Source: Tagaea sp. (GTDB lineage: Bacteria > Pseudomonadota > Alphaproteobacteria > CACIAM-22H2). Taken from it: a DNA stretch of 64,000 bases. Shown piece by piece: positions 18,950 to 29,477 of this stretch. Each line of letters starts with the position of its first letter. Positions within the stretch are counted from its first letter, which is position 1. The notes beneath the pieces were generated by a model, which was not told the origin of the DNA, made no database searches, and saw only the letters and a program-made list of their open reading frames with translations. The stretch covers positions 1,296,736-1,360,735 of the forward strand of contig CBDIIB010000004.1 in NCBI GenBank assembly GCA_965279525.1, given 5' to 3'. The position numbers were made by a program, and so were the translations under genes.

Positions 18950-21211
18950 TTAGGCCGGTGCCGGATTGCCCGGGACGATCCGTACTTCGGAAATCCGCCC
19001 GGTATAGCGGAACGTGCCATGCCGCTCGTAGAGATCCCAATAGACCGGTGCCCGCCGGTCGATACCGACGTCGAGCCCTTCGAACAGGCCGACCATCAGG
19101 GTCGGCGAGAGTTCGGTCCAGTCGACGCGCTGGGTTCCGTCGATCAACAGCCGTCCCTCGCCTCTTCTTTTGCCGAGCGCACGATATTCAAACTTTGCGA
19201 TCCTCTCCCCGGGGTCAAGGGTTACGCCCGGCAGATTCGAAGGTTCACCGAAGCCGTTGTAGTGGATGTTCAGGCGGTCGGCTTCGACGTAGGCGACGAT
19301 CCCACCGATGACGTCACCGAGTGCCCAGAGCACGCCCTGGTCACCTTGGCGTTGCTCAAAATCCACCGTGATCTCGAACGAACGGTTTGCAACCATCGGC
19401 ACGACGTCGATCCGGTGCACAGACTGTGCGCCGGGATGGAACCGGCGCGGCTGGCTCGCGCGCTCGCGCCGCCAGGCAGGTACGTCGCCGAACTTTCCCG
19501 GCCGGCCTCGATTGTCGAGCGGATAGACGAGGTTCTTCCACGCGGCCGCATCGAAGGCGTCGACAAGCTCCTTGAGCAGGCCGGAATTTTCGGCAGCGAG
19601 GTCTGTGCTCTCCGAAAAATCCTTTTGAAGATCGTGAAGAGTCCAGTTGTCCATGTCGATTGGCGTGTCGCGTACCTGGAGGGATCGCGCGAGCCAGCCC
19701 TTGCGGAAATAGGCGCGGTTCGACCAGCACTCGTAGTATTGCTCGTCGCGCGGCGCGGGCGCGTCGGCAAGCCAGACCTGCGCATAACTCTTCCCGTCGG
19801 ATGTACGCGTCGGCTTTCCCTGATTGCTGTCCAACGGCGCGACACCTGCCACATCCAGCAAGGTCGGCATGATGTCGGTCACGTGCATGAACTGGCGGCG
19901 TATTGCGCCCGCATCTAGTATCTTCGCAGGCCACGACACGATCATGCTGACACGCCGGCCACCCGCACCGGTATATGTCTTGAAGCTGGGAAACGGCGTA
20001 TTCGAAACTTCACCCCACGCCGTCGGATAGAGCGACACGCTTTGCGGACCGCCAAGCCGATCCACCATTGCCCTCTCGCGGTCAAGTGGTTGGAGCGGAA
20101 GGCCAGAGTAGCGGCGGTTGTTGTTTATCATGCCGACCGAGCCGCCGGCATCCGTACCGCCATTGTCCGACGAGAACAGGATGATCGTGTTGTCGAGTTC
20201 GCCGATCCGGGTCAGGAATGCGACGAGTTTGCCGACATTCTGATCGGCGTTGTCGAGCATTGCCGCATAGGCCTCCATGTGGCGCTCGAAAAGCGGTCGA
20301 TCGGCCGGATCTGTCTTGCTCCAGTCGGGCACGCGCGGGTCCGACGGCGGCAGGCGCGTGCTCTCGGGAATGAGTCCAAGTTCGATCTGCCGACGATAGC
20401 GATCAAGGCGCGCCTTGGTCCAGCCGCCCGAATAGCGGCCGGCATACCGGCTCATATCCGACAACTTGGCCTGGATCGGCCCGTGCATGGCATTGTTGGC
20501 GACATAGAGAAGGAACGGCTTCGCCGGGTCGCTCTCCCGCAACTCTTTGACGAACCTGATCCCCTGATCCATCCAGTCGTCGCCGGAGTAATAGTCGCGC
20601 GGATACTCGTCGATCGGCAGGGTCTGATTGTTAAGCATCAGGCGAGACGGAAAGAAGTGATGCGTCTCTCCGTCCATGAATCCGTAAAACGTGTCGAAGC
20701 CCCGCTGAGACGGCCAATTGTGCTTCGATCCACCGGGAACCGTGTCGCCGGCCGGGGTGTTGTGCCATTTCCCGCACATGATCGTCTCGTATCCCGACGC
20801 ACGGAGCGTTTCGGCAACCGTGGCGGCTTCGATCGGGATCTCGCCTGAATAGCCGGGGTATCCGGGATGGTTGTTCGCGAGCCAGCCGCTGCCGACCGTA
20901 TGCGCATTGCAGCCCGTCAACAGGGCTGCACGCGCGGCTGAACAGATCGGGTGGGTCGTATAGTGCGTGAACAGGAGGCCCCGCCGCGCAAGCGCGTCGA
21001 TATGCGGCGTATCGATCTCGGACCCGTAGCATCCCGGATCGGACCAGCCCATGTCGTCCATGTAGACGATGACGATGTTGGGTGCATCGGGCCGTGCCTG
21101 CTGTCGGGGCGGCCACCAAGGTGACGATTCCTCGCGCGTACGGCCGATCTTGCCTTCGAAACGAGTATCTTCGCCTGGCATGTTTCTCTCTGCTTTGACG
21201 CGCGGCGTCAT
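18950..21211 (-). CDS. Arylsulfatase (long form with C-terminal beta domain), variant CSAAR signature
   Basis: APNIVIVYMDDMG, CSAAR, GKWH, SDNG. Start at 21211 (ATGA overlap) or 21181. Confidence 0.9.
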   Translation of the reverse strand: MTPRVKAERNMPGEDTRFEGKIGRTREESSPWWPPRQQARPDAPNIVIVYMDDMGWSDPGCYGSEIDTPHIDALARRGLLFTHYTTHPICSAARAALLTGCNAHTVGSGWLANNHPGYPGYSGEIPIEAATVAETLRASGYETIMCGKWHNTPAGDTVPGGSKHNWPSQRGFDTFYGFMDGETHHFFPSRLMLNNQTLPIDEYPRDYYSGDDWMDQGIRFVKELRESDPAKPFLLYVANNAMHGPIQAKLSDMSRYAGRYSGGWTKARLDRYRRQIELGLIPESTRLPPSDPRVPDWSKTDPADRPLFERHMEAYAAMLDNADQNVGKLVAFLTRIGELDNTIILFSSDNGGTDAGGSVGMINNNRRYSGLPLQPLDRERAMVDRLGGPQSVSLYPTAWGEVSNTPFPSFKTYTGAGGRRVSMIVSWPAKILDAGAIRRQFMHVTDIMPTLLDVAGVAPLDSNQGKPTRTSDGKSYAQVWLADAPAPRDEQYYECWSNRAYFRKGWLARSLQVRDTPIDMDNWTLHDLQKDFSESTDLAAENSGLLKELVDAFDAAAWKNLVYPLDNRGRPGKFGDVPAWRRERASQPRRFHPGAQSVHRIDVVPMVANRSFEITVDFEQRQGDQGVLWALGDVIGGIVAYVEADRLNIHYNGFGEPSNLPGVTLDPGERIAKFEYRALGKRRGEGRLLIDGTQRVDWTELSPTLMVGLFEGLDVGIDRRAPVYWDLYERHGTFRYTGRISEVRIVPGNPAPA

Positions 21212-23508
21212 TGATCGGTGAAAGCGGACCTCAGCTTCGCACCGGAATCGTCCGGGCCGCCCTTTGCTTCGACTGTCACGACAACCCGCACGATCGTACC
21301 CGTGAACCGGAACGGAGCCGCATAGTCGGCTGTGACAGGCAGGCCACTGTCGTATCCGCAGCAAAGGCCTTCGCCGGATGTCTCGATGACGGCGGGAACA
21401 GTATTAGGGACATCGCCGACGCCGACGATACGATCGTCGATCAGCAGTATCCCGCGTCCGGCATGGTCCGCCGTCCGCTCGAAGCGGAACGAAAGAATAT
21501 GCTTACCCGGCAGTACGGGTTCGGACGACGAGATCCGGTACTCCGCAAGACCGAGATAGTTGTGCACGTAGTGAAGGCGGCCACCCTTGACATAGAGCGA
21601 ATAGCCGGCGAACCAGCTGCCGTGCGCCAGGAGAACGCCCTCGGCGCCGCCGGTTGGAATTTCGACCTCGGCTCGGATCAGGTGAGAACGGTCCTTCAGG
21701 TCGACGGCCGTGTACTCGAACTGCGGTGCTGCTCCGGAATAGTAGACCACCGGTCCGTCGGCACGTGCGGTCCCCGGCTTGCGCTCGCCCATACGTGCCT
21801 GCATGCGCGAGTCGAGCGGTAGAACGTTGTATTTTTCCGCCTCCTGCCACCAGATCGCGACGAGCGCCTTGAGCTTCTCGGGATGCACGTCGGCGAGATC
21901 GTTGGATTCCGAAAAATCTTTCTCGACGTGATAAAGCTCCCACTTCTGCTTCGCGAGAATTTCCTCGGTCAATTCTTGATTCTGGGGCTGTTCGACGACC
22001 GCCTTCCAGCCGTCCGCCCAGATCGCGCGCGAACCGATCATCTCGTAGTATTGGACCTTCTTGCGCGTGGGTGCCGCAGATTCTCGGAACGTATGTGCGA
22101 AGCTGACGCCTTCAAGCGGCCTCTGGGGCACGCCACCAAGTGTCTCCGGTGGCACCACGCCGAGCGCTTCGAGAATCGTCGGTGTCATGTCAACCACATG
22201 GACATACTGACCCCGGACCTCGCCGCGACCCGTAATACCCTTGGGCCAATGCGCGACGAGAGGATCGCTCATCCCGCCCTGATGCAGATAGCGCTTCCAC
22301 CGACGCAGCGGCGTGTTCCCGGCCCATGCCCAACCCCACGCGTAGTTCGGATAGGACCGGACCCCGCCCCACTCGGGCAGGTGCTCGAGGTTCTGCGCCA
22401 CAGTCGCCTCGACGCGGTTCGGGAACTGCAGCTCGTTGAACGAGCCGTGGACACCGCCCTCCGCACTCGCGCCATTGTCGGAACCGATCAAGATCAGGGT
22501 ATTGTCGAGTTCGCCCAACCTCTCCAGGAAATCCACGACGCGGCCGATATGATGGTCCGTCTGCTCGATGAATCCGGCATAAACTTCATGCTGGCGCGCA
22601 TAGAGTCGCCGCGCGTCGATCGACAGGGTGTCCCATCCCGGCACCCACTCCGGCCGCGGCGAAAGGATCGTATCCGGCGGGACGATTCCGCCCGTGACCT
22701 GGCGCTCGAAGACGCGCTCGCGCCAGCGGTCCCAGCCAATGTCGAATTGGCCCGAGTATTTTTCGATCCATTCGGGCTCGACATGGTGTGGTGCATGCCC
22801 TGCTCCCGGACAGTAGTACATGAAGAACGGTTTGCTCGGGCTGACCGTGCGGAGGTCGGTGATGTACTCGATTGCCCGATCCGCGAGATCCGCATTCAGG
22901 TGGTAACCGTCCTCCGGTCGCGCCGGCGGATCGATGTAGTGATTGTCGTGAACGAGCGTGGGAACCCATTGGTTCGTTTTTCCGCCGAGAAATCCGTAGA
23001 AACGCTCGAATCCGCGCGACAGCGGCCAGCGTGCTTTCGAAGCGCCCGACGCATAGTCGCCCGGCGTGGTCAGGTGCCATTTCCCGATGGCGAACGTCGC
23101 ATAGCCTTCGGCGAGAAGAATTTCGGAAAGAAAGCCGTTCTCCTTCGGCACGAGGCCGTTGTAGCCAGGGAATCCCGTCGCCATCTCCTGGATGATGCCA
23201 ACGCCATTGGAGTGGTGGTTGCGGCCGGTCAGCAGACAGGCTCGCGTCGGCGAGCAGATCGCCGTGGTGTGGAAATCCCGATACCGCAGGCCGCCGGCGG
23301 CCAGACGATCGAATGTCTTCGTACGGATATCGGAGCCGAAGCATCCGAACTGGGCGAACCCGACATCGTCCAGCAGCACCACGATCACGTTCGGCGCGCC
23401 AGGGCGAGTACTTTTTCCCACGGGCCAGGCGCCTTGCGACTCGCGCGCCGTCTTGCCGATGCGCCCCGGGAACGGCGAACCTTCCGGATAAGTGCGGAAC
23501 TCCGACAT
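21208..23508 (-). CDS. Arylsulfatase (long form)
   Basis: APNVIVVLLDDVG, CSPTR, GKWH, HAPH, SDNG. Confidence 0.95.
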   Translation of the reverse strand: MSEFRTYPEGSPFPGRIGKTARESQGAWPVGKSTRPGAPNVIVVLLDDVGFAQFGCFGSDIRTKTFDRLAAGGLRYRDFHTTAICSPTRACLLTGRNHHSNGVGIIQEMATGFPGYNGLVPKENGFLSEILLAEGYATFAIGKWHLTTPGDYASGASKARWPLSRGFERFYGFLGGKTNQWVPTLVHDNHYIDPPARPEDGYHLNADLADRAIEYITDLRTVSPSKPFFMYYCPGAGHAPHHVEPEWIEKYSGQFDIGWDRWRERVFERQVTGGIVPPDTILSPRPEWVPGWDTLSIDARRLYARQHEVYAGFIEQTDHHIGRVVDFLERLGELDNTLILIGSDNGASAEGGVHGSFNELQFPNRVEATVAQNLEHLPEWGGVRSYPNYAWGWAWAGNTPLRRWKRYLHQGGMSDPLVAHWPKGITGRGEVRGQYVHVVDMTPTILEALGVVPPETLGGVPQRPLEGVSFAHTFRESAAPTRKKVQYYEMIGSRAIWADGWKAVVEQPQNQELTEEILAKQKWELYHVEKDFSESNDLADVHPEKLKALVAIWWQEAEKYNVLPLDSRMQARMGERKPGTARADGPVVYYSGAAPQFEYTAVDLKDRSHLIRAEVEIPTGGAEGVLLAHGSWFAGYSLYVKGGRLHYVHNYLGLAEYRISSSEPVLPGKHILSFRFERTADHAGRGILLIDDRIVGVGDVPNTVPAVIETSGEGLCCGYDSGLPVTADYAAPFRFTGTIVRVVVTVEAKGGPDDSGAKLRSAFTDQ

Positions 23509-23521
23509 CGCCTCTCCCGTC

Positions 23522-24343
23522 CTATTGCTTGACCGACCCGGCCGCTAGGCCGGCTACCATATATTTCTGAAGCGGAAGAAACAGGAGCAGCGTCGGCAAG
23601 GTCGTGAGTGCCGACCCCGCCATGACGTTCCCCCAATCCGTGACGTTCTCGCCGAAATAGATGTAAAGGGCGAGCGGCACAGTCTTCATGTCCTCTTGTG
23701 TCAAGATCGCGACGGAGAAGAGATACTCCGACCAGCAGAGCAGGAAGGCATAGGTCGCGGTCGCGACGATGCCGGGAAACATGATCGGGAAGATTATTCG
23801 CCAGACGACTTGGAAATAGCTCGCACCATCCATGATCGCGGCTTCATCGAGGCTGCGCGGCACCGAGCGTAGGTAGCCAACCAGTAGATAGACCGAGAAT
23901 GGCACCGACACCGCGACGTAGACGAAAATCATGCTGATCCAGTTGTTCAGCATGCCTGTACGCGCGAACAGGATGAAAACGGGTGTCACGAGGATGATCC
24001 ACGGGAAGGTCTGCCCGAGCAGGATGCCGCCGAACAGGACATCGCGCCCGCGGAAGCGCAACCGCGAGAACACGTAAGCCGCGTTGACCGACACGATCGT
24101 AGACAGCAGAACCGCCGAGACGCACAGGGTGACGCTGTTTGCAATGTTGCGCCCGAACCCGGCGCCGAAAAGCCGGATGTAATTTTGTAGCGTCCAATCC
24201 CAGCGGGCGGCCGAGAACATCGTCTCCGGCGTCTTCAGCGACGCGACAAACACCCAGAGCGTGGGATAGACAAGAAACGAAAGCGCGGCGACCGTCAGCC
24301 CGACGATCCCGATCTCAGCGAGGATCCGGCGCCGCTGGATCAT
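23522..24343 (-). CDS. Carbohydrate ABC permease (MalG-like)
   Basis: EAAIMDGA, WSEY. Confidence 0.92.
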   Translation of the reverse strand: MIQRRRILAEIGIVGLTVAALSFLVYPTLWVFVASLKTPETMFSAARWDWTLQNYIRLFGAGFGRNIANSVTLCVSAVLLSTIVSVNAAYVFSRLRFRGRDVLFGGILLGQTFPWIILVTPVFILFARTGMLNNWISMIFVYVAVSVPFSVYLLVGYLRSVPRSLDEAAIMDGASYFQVVWRIIFPIMFPGIVATATYAFLLCWSEYLFSVAILTQEDMKTVPLALYIYFGENVTDWGNVMAGSALTTLPTLLLFLPLQKYMVAGLAAGSVKQ

Positions 24344-25251
24344 CGGTTTGCGTCCTCGACGAGTTCGCGCGACGCGATTACGCGCAGGTAGATGAGCCCG
24401 AAGATCGTCATGATGGTTGCCATCACGACGCCGGCAGCAGCGCTGTAGCCCAATCGCCCGTCAATGAACCCCTTGATATAGACCTCCGTCGCCATGACGT
24501 TGGTGTAGAGACCTGGCCCCGCGCCGGTGGTCAGCCAGACATAGATGAAATTATTGAATGTCCAGAAAGTCGACATCAGCACCATCACGATGATCGCCGG
24601 CTTGAGGTGCGGCAGGTAGATGTAGCGGAGGACCTGGATGCGGCTCGCGCCATCGATCTCGGCCGCTTCGATCAGCTCACTCGACAGCGACTGCAGGCTG
24701 GCGAGGAAGGTCAGCGTGACGAGTGGGAGCGTATTCCACGTGATGATCGTGATGATCGCCGGCCAGACCCAATGCGCATCGGACAGGAACGGAATCGGTT
24801 GGTCGACGACGCCAAGCCACATCAGCGCGTGGTTGATCGAGCCGACGCGCGGATCGAGCATCCAGCGCCAGACGATGATCGCCACGACCGGCGGCGTGGC
24901 CCACGGCACGATCAGCAGCAGGCGTGCGGGCGTCGTAAGGCGCAGGCGCTGAAGTGTCCGGCTATTGAGCAGGAATGCGAGCGCGAGGCCCAGCAGGATA
25001 CGCACGGTCACGCCAGTAAGGGTCAGCCATACGACAGTGTTGAACAGCACCCGCCGGAAGTCGGGGCTGGTCAGCAACTCGACATAATTCTCCGTCCCGA
25101 TCCAGCTGCCGCCGCGGCGCAGCGTGAAGATGCCGAGATCAGTAAAGCTAGTCTCGAGATTGAAGACCGTCGGATAGACGTAGAATGCCGCCAGGAAGAA
25201 GAACGCCGGGACGAGCGCAAAAGCGATGAACGCCCGTGGAACAGTAATCAT
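24340..25251 (-). CDS. Carbohydrate ABC permease (MalF-like)
   Basis: PWATP, EAAEIDGA, TGAGP. Confidence 0.92.
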   Translation of the reverse strand: MITVPRAFIAFALVPAFFFLAAFYVYPTVFNLETSFTDLGIFTLRRGGSWIGTENYVELLTSPDFRRVLFNTVVWLTLTGVTVRILLGLALAFLLNSRTLQRLRLTTPARLLLIVPWATPPVVAIIVWRWMLDPRVGSINHALMWLGVVDQPIPFLSDAHWVWPAIITIITWNTLPLVTLTFLASLQSLSSELIEAAEIDGASRIQVLRYIYLPHLKPAIIVMVLMSTFWTFNNFIYVWLTTGAGPGLYTNVMATEVYIKGFIDGRLGYSAAAGVVMATIMTIFGLIYLRVIASRELVEDANR

Positions 25252-25281
25252 CGTTGATCGTCCTTCCGCCTCCGCGCCGCG

Positions 25282-26598
25282 TCAGCGCTGGTTCTTCGCC
25301 AGCTCGCGCGAAATCAGCTCGTGCAGCTCGCGCGCCGCGACCGCGCTCGACTTTTCGCCGATGAAAACCGAGCCGGCGGCCCGGCCAACCGCATTCCACA
25401 TGAACGGGATCGGTACCGGGCCCGTCGCGTAAGCTCCCCAGCTCCGCGCGGTCGCGAGCTGCTTGGGATAGCCCAGAAGTTCTGGCCGCCAGTTGCGCTG
25501 CGATACGGCCGACCGCTGCGACGGCGTATAGTTCGAGATATGCTTGGTGAATGTCGGATCTGGCGTCACAAGGAAGCGGACCAACTTCCACGCCTGCTCG
25601 ATGTTCTTGCAGTTCGGGTTGATGCCGAGCATCCGGCCACCGGCATGTGTGACCGACCCGTTCCGGCCACCGGGATGCGGAGCGGTCGCAAAGGGTGACT
25701 TCTTGCCTGGATTGCGCTGGTCCCACGTCGCAAGAATCTCGGATGAAACGGCATCCGGAGCGCTTGAGATCGCAATGTTGCCGTTGATTAACCCCTCCGC
25801 AATTTCGGGGGCACCCCACAGGCAGATCGACAGGTTGCTGCGTGGGTTGTGGCCTTCGTCGAGGTAGCTTTTGAAATAGTCGAGGGCTTCCTGCGCCTTC
25901 TCAGGCGTGACCCCCATGACGTACCGGCCATCGGCAGCCCTGTCGATCCAACCGGGACCATCCGACCACAGATAGAAATTCGTGAAGAACCAGATCGACG
26001 GCGTAGCGCAACTGCCCGCAGGGAATCCCCAGCCCGCCTTGCCGGTCTTCTGGAAAATCGTCCGGCTCGCGTCGCGCAAGCCCGCCCATGTCGTCGGAAA
26101 CTCGGCGATGCCAGCCTGCGCGAACAGTTCGGTGTTGTACATCATCGAGAACGTATCGGATGTGAACGGCACGCCGTAAATCTTCCCGTCGGCGCCTTCG
26201 GCGAGATCGCGTGCGAAGAAATCGTCCCAGCCCTTTGCGCCGAGCGTGGCACCATCGCGCTTGATCAGATCGTTGAGCGGGTAAAGCGCGCCGCCCGCAC
26301 CGAACGGCCGGGGTTGAACGAGCGCGATCTGGAGGACGTCGGGGCCGCCGCCGGTCGCGGCTTCGCGCAGATACTGCGCCTGCATGTCTGCCCAACTGAT
26401 GCGCTGCAGCGTCACCTTGATTGCGGGATTCTGCCGTTCGAACTCGTCAAGCGCCGCGCGCATCTGCGGCGCTTCAGGGTCATTGAAACGGAAACTGATC
26501 GATACCGGCGCTTGCGATCGGACGGCTGGCGCTCCAAGCACGCCTAGCGTCAGTGCGGCACCCGCTACGAACTTGCGCCTCGCGATCCTGGTTGCCAT
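25282..26598 (-). CDS. Carbohydrate ABC substrate-binding protein (438 aa), paralogue A
   Basis: ARRKFV Tat-like leader; MMYNTELF..FPTTW. Confidence 0.9.
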   Translation of the reverse strand: MATRIARRKFVAGAALTLGVLGAPAVRSQAPVSISFRFNDPEAPQMRAALDEFERQNPAIKVTLQRISWADMQAQYLREAATGGGPDVLQIALVQPRPFGAGGALYPLNDLIKRDGATLGAKGWDDFFARDLAEGADGKIYGVPFTSDTFSMMYNTELFAQAGIAEFPTTWAGLRDASRTIFQKTGKAGWGFPAGSCATPSIWFFTNFYLWSDGPGWIDRAADGRYVMGVTPEKAQEALDYFKSYLDEGHNPRSNLSICLWGAPEIAEGLINGNIAISSAPDAVSSEILATWDQRNPGKKSPFATAPHPGGRNGSVTHAGGRMLGINPNCKNIEQAWKLVRFLVTPDPTFTKHISNYTPSQRSAVSQRNWRPELLGYPKQLATARSWGAYATGPVPIPFMWNAVGRAAGSVFIGEKSSAVAARELHELISRELAKNQR

Positions 26599-26639
26599 GT
26601 CGTCCTCCCGCCGGGTTTCAGTTTCTTGATATTTCCCTT

Positions 26640-26655
26640 ATGTTAGCGCATACAG
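26640..26655. promoter_or_regulatory. LacI/GntR-like operator ATGTTAGCGCATACAG
   Basis: Second copy of the motif, between divergent SBP and sulfatase genes. Confidence 0.65.
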
Positions 26656-26716
26656 TTTCATACACAAGAATTATGACCGTCCCCGCACGAAATCCGGGGA
26701 TGTGGGGAATTTGCCG

Positions 26717-28108
26717 ATGAAACGCCGTCCGAACATCCTGTTGCTGATGCCTGACCAGCACCGGGGCGACTGGCTAGGCCTGTACGGCAAGCTGCCGGTC
26801 CGCACGCCGAACATTGACGCGCTCGCCCGGCGCGGCGTCTTGTTCGCGCAGGCGGTCTGCCCCTCGCCGCTGTGCGCGCCTTCGCGCGCGGCATTTGCGA
26901 CCGGGCTCTCCTTCGATCGCTGCCCGGTGAAGCACAACAGCGAAGATCTCCCGGACGGTACTCGGACGTTCTACGCAGACATCCTCCAAGCGGGCTATCA
27001 CGTGACAACCTGCGGGAAACTGGATCTGCTCAAGATGTCAGGCAGCTGGGGGCCAGACGGGCGGCACGGTAGCGGAGCGCACTCCAAGTTGGCGGCAATG
27101 GGCTTTTCGGCCGGCTGCGATAACGGCGGCAAGCACGACGCGGTCGTCGCCTTCCGGGACGGGCGCGCCGAGCCCTATACACACTACCTCTCAGGCAGGG
27201 GGCTCGCCGAGGTCCATGCCGACGACTACGCGCGCCGAGGGAAGGCCACGGGCGGAACCATCTCAGGTCATTCGGTGCACTATCTGGATACGGACCCGAC
27301 CGCACTTCCCGACGACGCCTACTGCGACAACTGGATCGGACGGAACGGCATCGAGCTCATCCGGCAGGCGCCGTCCGACCGGCCGTGGTTCCTGCAAGTC
27401 AATTTCTGCGGCCCACACGAGCCGATGGATGTGACGGCGGAGATGAAGGAGCGTTGGCGCAGTGTCGAATTCCCTGTTCCCGAACAGAGCAGCGGCCTCG
27501 CCCCGTCGCATCATCAAGAGATACGACGGAACTACGCGGCAATGATCGAGAACATCGACCGGTGGGTCGGGACCTACGTCGAGTTCCTCGAGTCTCGCGG
27601 CCTGCTCGACGACACCATCATAATTTACACGAGCGATCACGGCGAGATGCTGGGCGAGCACGGGCTCTGGGAAAAGCATGTCCCATGGCAACCATCAGTG
27701 AATGTACCACTCGTCGTGGCTGGGCCCGGCTATTCTGGCGGCACCTGGGATGATCGAGGCGTTTCGCTGATTGACCTGACGGCGTCGATCCGGGCGTTTG
27801 CAGGCGTCCCCCCCTCAACCGGCGCCGACGGAACGCCGCTCGATCCTGGCAATCCGACGCCTCGGATCGCACTTTCGGGCCTAGGTGGCTGGCGCATGGC
27901 GAGCGACGGGCGTTTCAAGCTCGTCGTCGGCTACGACAGCCACCATTCGCGCAAGCAAATGATGCAGACCCGGTTCGATCCGGGATCGACATTGGTGCAA
28001 CTCTACGATCTTGCCGGAGACCCGGGCGAGACGAACGACATCGCTGCCGCCGAGCCGGCGCATGTTGCGCGTCTGATGTCGTGCATCGACGGCGCAACAC
28101 GCCCCTAG
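26717..28108 (+). CDS. Cys-type sulfatase, no signal peptide
   Basis: RPNILLLMPDQH, CAPSR, GPHEP, SDHGE, WEKH. Confidence 0.92.
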   Translation: MKRRPNILLLMPDQHRGDWLGLYGKLPVRTPNIDALARRGVLFAQAVCPSPLCAPSRAAFATGLSFDRCPVKHNSEDLPDGTRTFYADILQAGYHVTTCGKLDLLKMSGSWGPDGRHGSGAHSKLAAMGFSAGCDNGGKHDAVVAFRDGRAEPYTHYLSGRGLAEVHADDYARRGKATGGTISGHSVHYLDTDPTALPDDAYCDNWIGRNGIELIRQAPSDRPWFLQVNFCGPHEPMDVTAEMKERWRSVEFPVPEQSSGLAPSHHQEIRRNYAAMIENIDRWVGTYVEFLESRGLLDDTIIIYTSDHGEMLGEHGLWEKHVPWQPSVNVPLVVAGPGYSGGTWDDRGVSLIDLTASIRAFAGVPPSTGADGTPLDPGNPTPRIALSGLGGWRMASDGRFKLVVGYDSHHSRKQMMQTRFDPGSTLVQLYDLAGDPGETNDIAAAEPAHVARLMSCIDGATRP

Positions 28109-28120
28109 CCTCCCGAAGTC

Positions 28121-29437
28121 TCAGCGCTGGAGTCGAGCCAGCTCGCGCGCGATCGTGTCATGGAGTTCGCGGCCGGCCACTGCGCTCGTCTTCTCGCCGA
28201 TGAAAACGGATCCGGCCGCGCGGCCCACCGCGTTCCACATGAACGGGATCGGCACGGGACCTGTCGCATACGGTCCCCAGCTACGGGAGTTCGCAAGCTG
28301 CTTGGGGTATCCGGCGAGCTCCGGCGCCCAGCTGCGGCTGTTGAGTGCGGCCCGCTGCGCCGGCGTGTAGTTCGTATAGTGGCGCGTGAAGGTCGGCTCG
28401 GGCGTCACAAGGAACTTGATCAGGCTCCATGCCTGCTCGACATTCTTGCAATTCGGGCTGATACCGAGCATGCGCCCGCCGAAATTGGTGACCGACCCGT
28501 TGCGTCCGCCTGGGAACGGCGCGGTCGCGAAGGGCGCCTTCTTGCCCGGGTTGCGCTGCTCCCATTTCGACAAGATCTCCATCGCGACCGTATCGGGAAT
28601 GCCGCAGATCGCGATGTTGCCGCCGAGCATGCCCTCGACAAGCTCGGGTGCGCCCCACAGGCAGACCGACATGCTGCTGCGTGGATTGTGGCCCTCGACG
28701 AGGAAGGAATTGTAGTAGTCGAGAGCATCCTGCGCCTGCTGCGGCGAAACGCCGACGACGTACTTGCCGTCCGCGCCCTTGTCCATCCAGCCCGGGCCAT
28801 TGGACCAGAAGAAGTAGTTCATGAAAAACCAGATCGTCGGGGTGGCACAGCTGCCCGCCGGGAAGCCCCAGCCGGCCTTGCCGGTCGTCCGGTGAACTGC
28901 ACGGCTCGCGTCGCGCAGCCCCTCCCACGTCGTGGGGAACTCACGCACGCCCGACTGCGCGAGCATCTCGGTGTTGTACATCATCGTGAACGTGTCAGTC
29001 GTCCACGGGATCGCGTAGGTCTTGCCGTCCGGGCCTTCGGCGAGATCGCGTGCGAAGAAGTCGTTCCATCCCTTGAGGCCAAGAGAGGCACCGTCGCGCC
29101 CGATCAGGTCGTCCAGCGGCCGCAACGCGCCACCGCCGCCGAACGAGCGGGGCTGGACGAAGGAGATATGGGCGACGTCGGGCGCGGTGCCTGTCGCCGC
29201 CTCGCGCAGATACTGCTGCTGCATGTCGGCCCAGCTGATGCGCTGCATGTTCACTTTGATTGCCGGATTCGAACGCTCGAATACGTCAAGGGCAGCACGC
29301 ATCTGTGGCGCTTCGGGATCGTTGAAGCGGAAGCTTATCGTGACCTGCGATTGCGACCGGACCGCCGGCGCGGCGAGCAGTCCGGCGGCAAGGACGCTGC
29401 CACCAACGAACTCTCTACGTGCGATTTTCCTAGTCAT
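28121..29437 (-). CDS. Carbohydrate ABC substrate-binding protein (438 aa), paralogue B
   Basis: ARREFV leader; near-colinear with 25282-26598; GGGGAG RBS. Confidence 0.9.
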   Translation of the reverse strand: MTRKIARREFVGGSVLAAGLLAAPAVRSQSQVTISFRFNDPEAPQMRAALDVFERSNPAIKVNMQRISWADMQQQYLREAATGTAPDVAHISFVQPRSFGGGGALRPLDDLIGRDGASLGLKGWNDFFARDLAEGPDGKTYAIPWTTDTFTMMYNTEMLAQSGVREFPTTWEGLRDASRAVHRTTGKAGWGFPAGSCATPTIWFFMNYFFWSNGPGWMDKGADGKYVVGVSPQQAQDALDYYNSFLVEGHNPRSSMSVCLWGAPELVEGMLGGNIAICGIPDTVAMEILSKWEQRNPGKKAPFATAPFPGGRNGSVTNFGGRMLGISPNCKNVEQAWSLIKFLVTPEPTFTRHYTNYTPAQRAALNSRSWAPELAGYPKQLANSRSWGPYATGPVPIPFMWNAVGRAAGSVFIGEKTSAVAGRELHDTIARELARLQR

Positions 29438-29477
29438 CTTGATCTCCCCTTGGGTTTCTCTTTGCGGATGGATCCGC

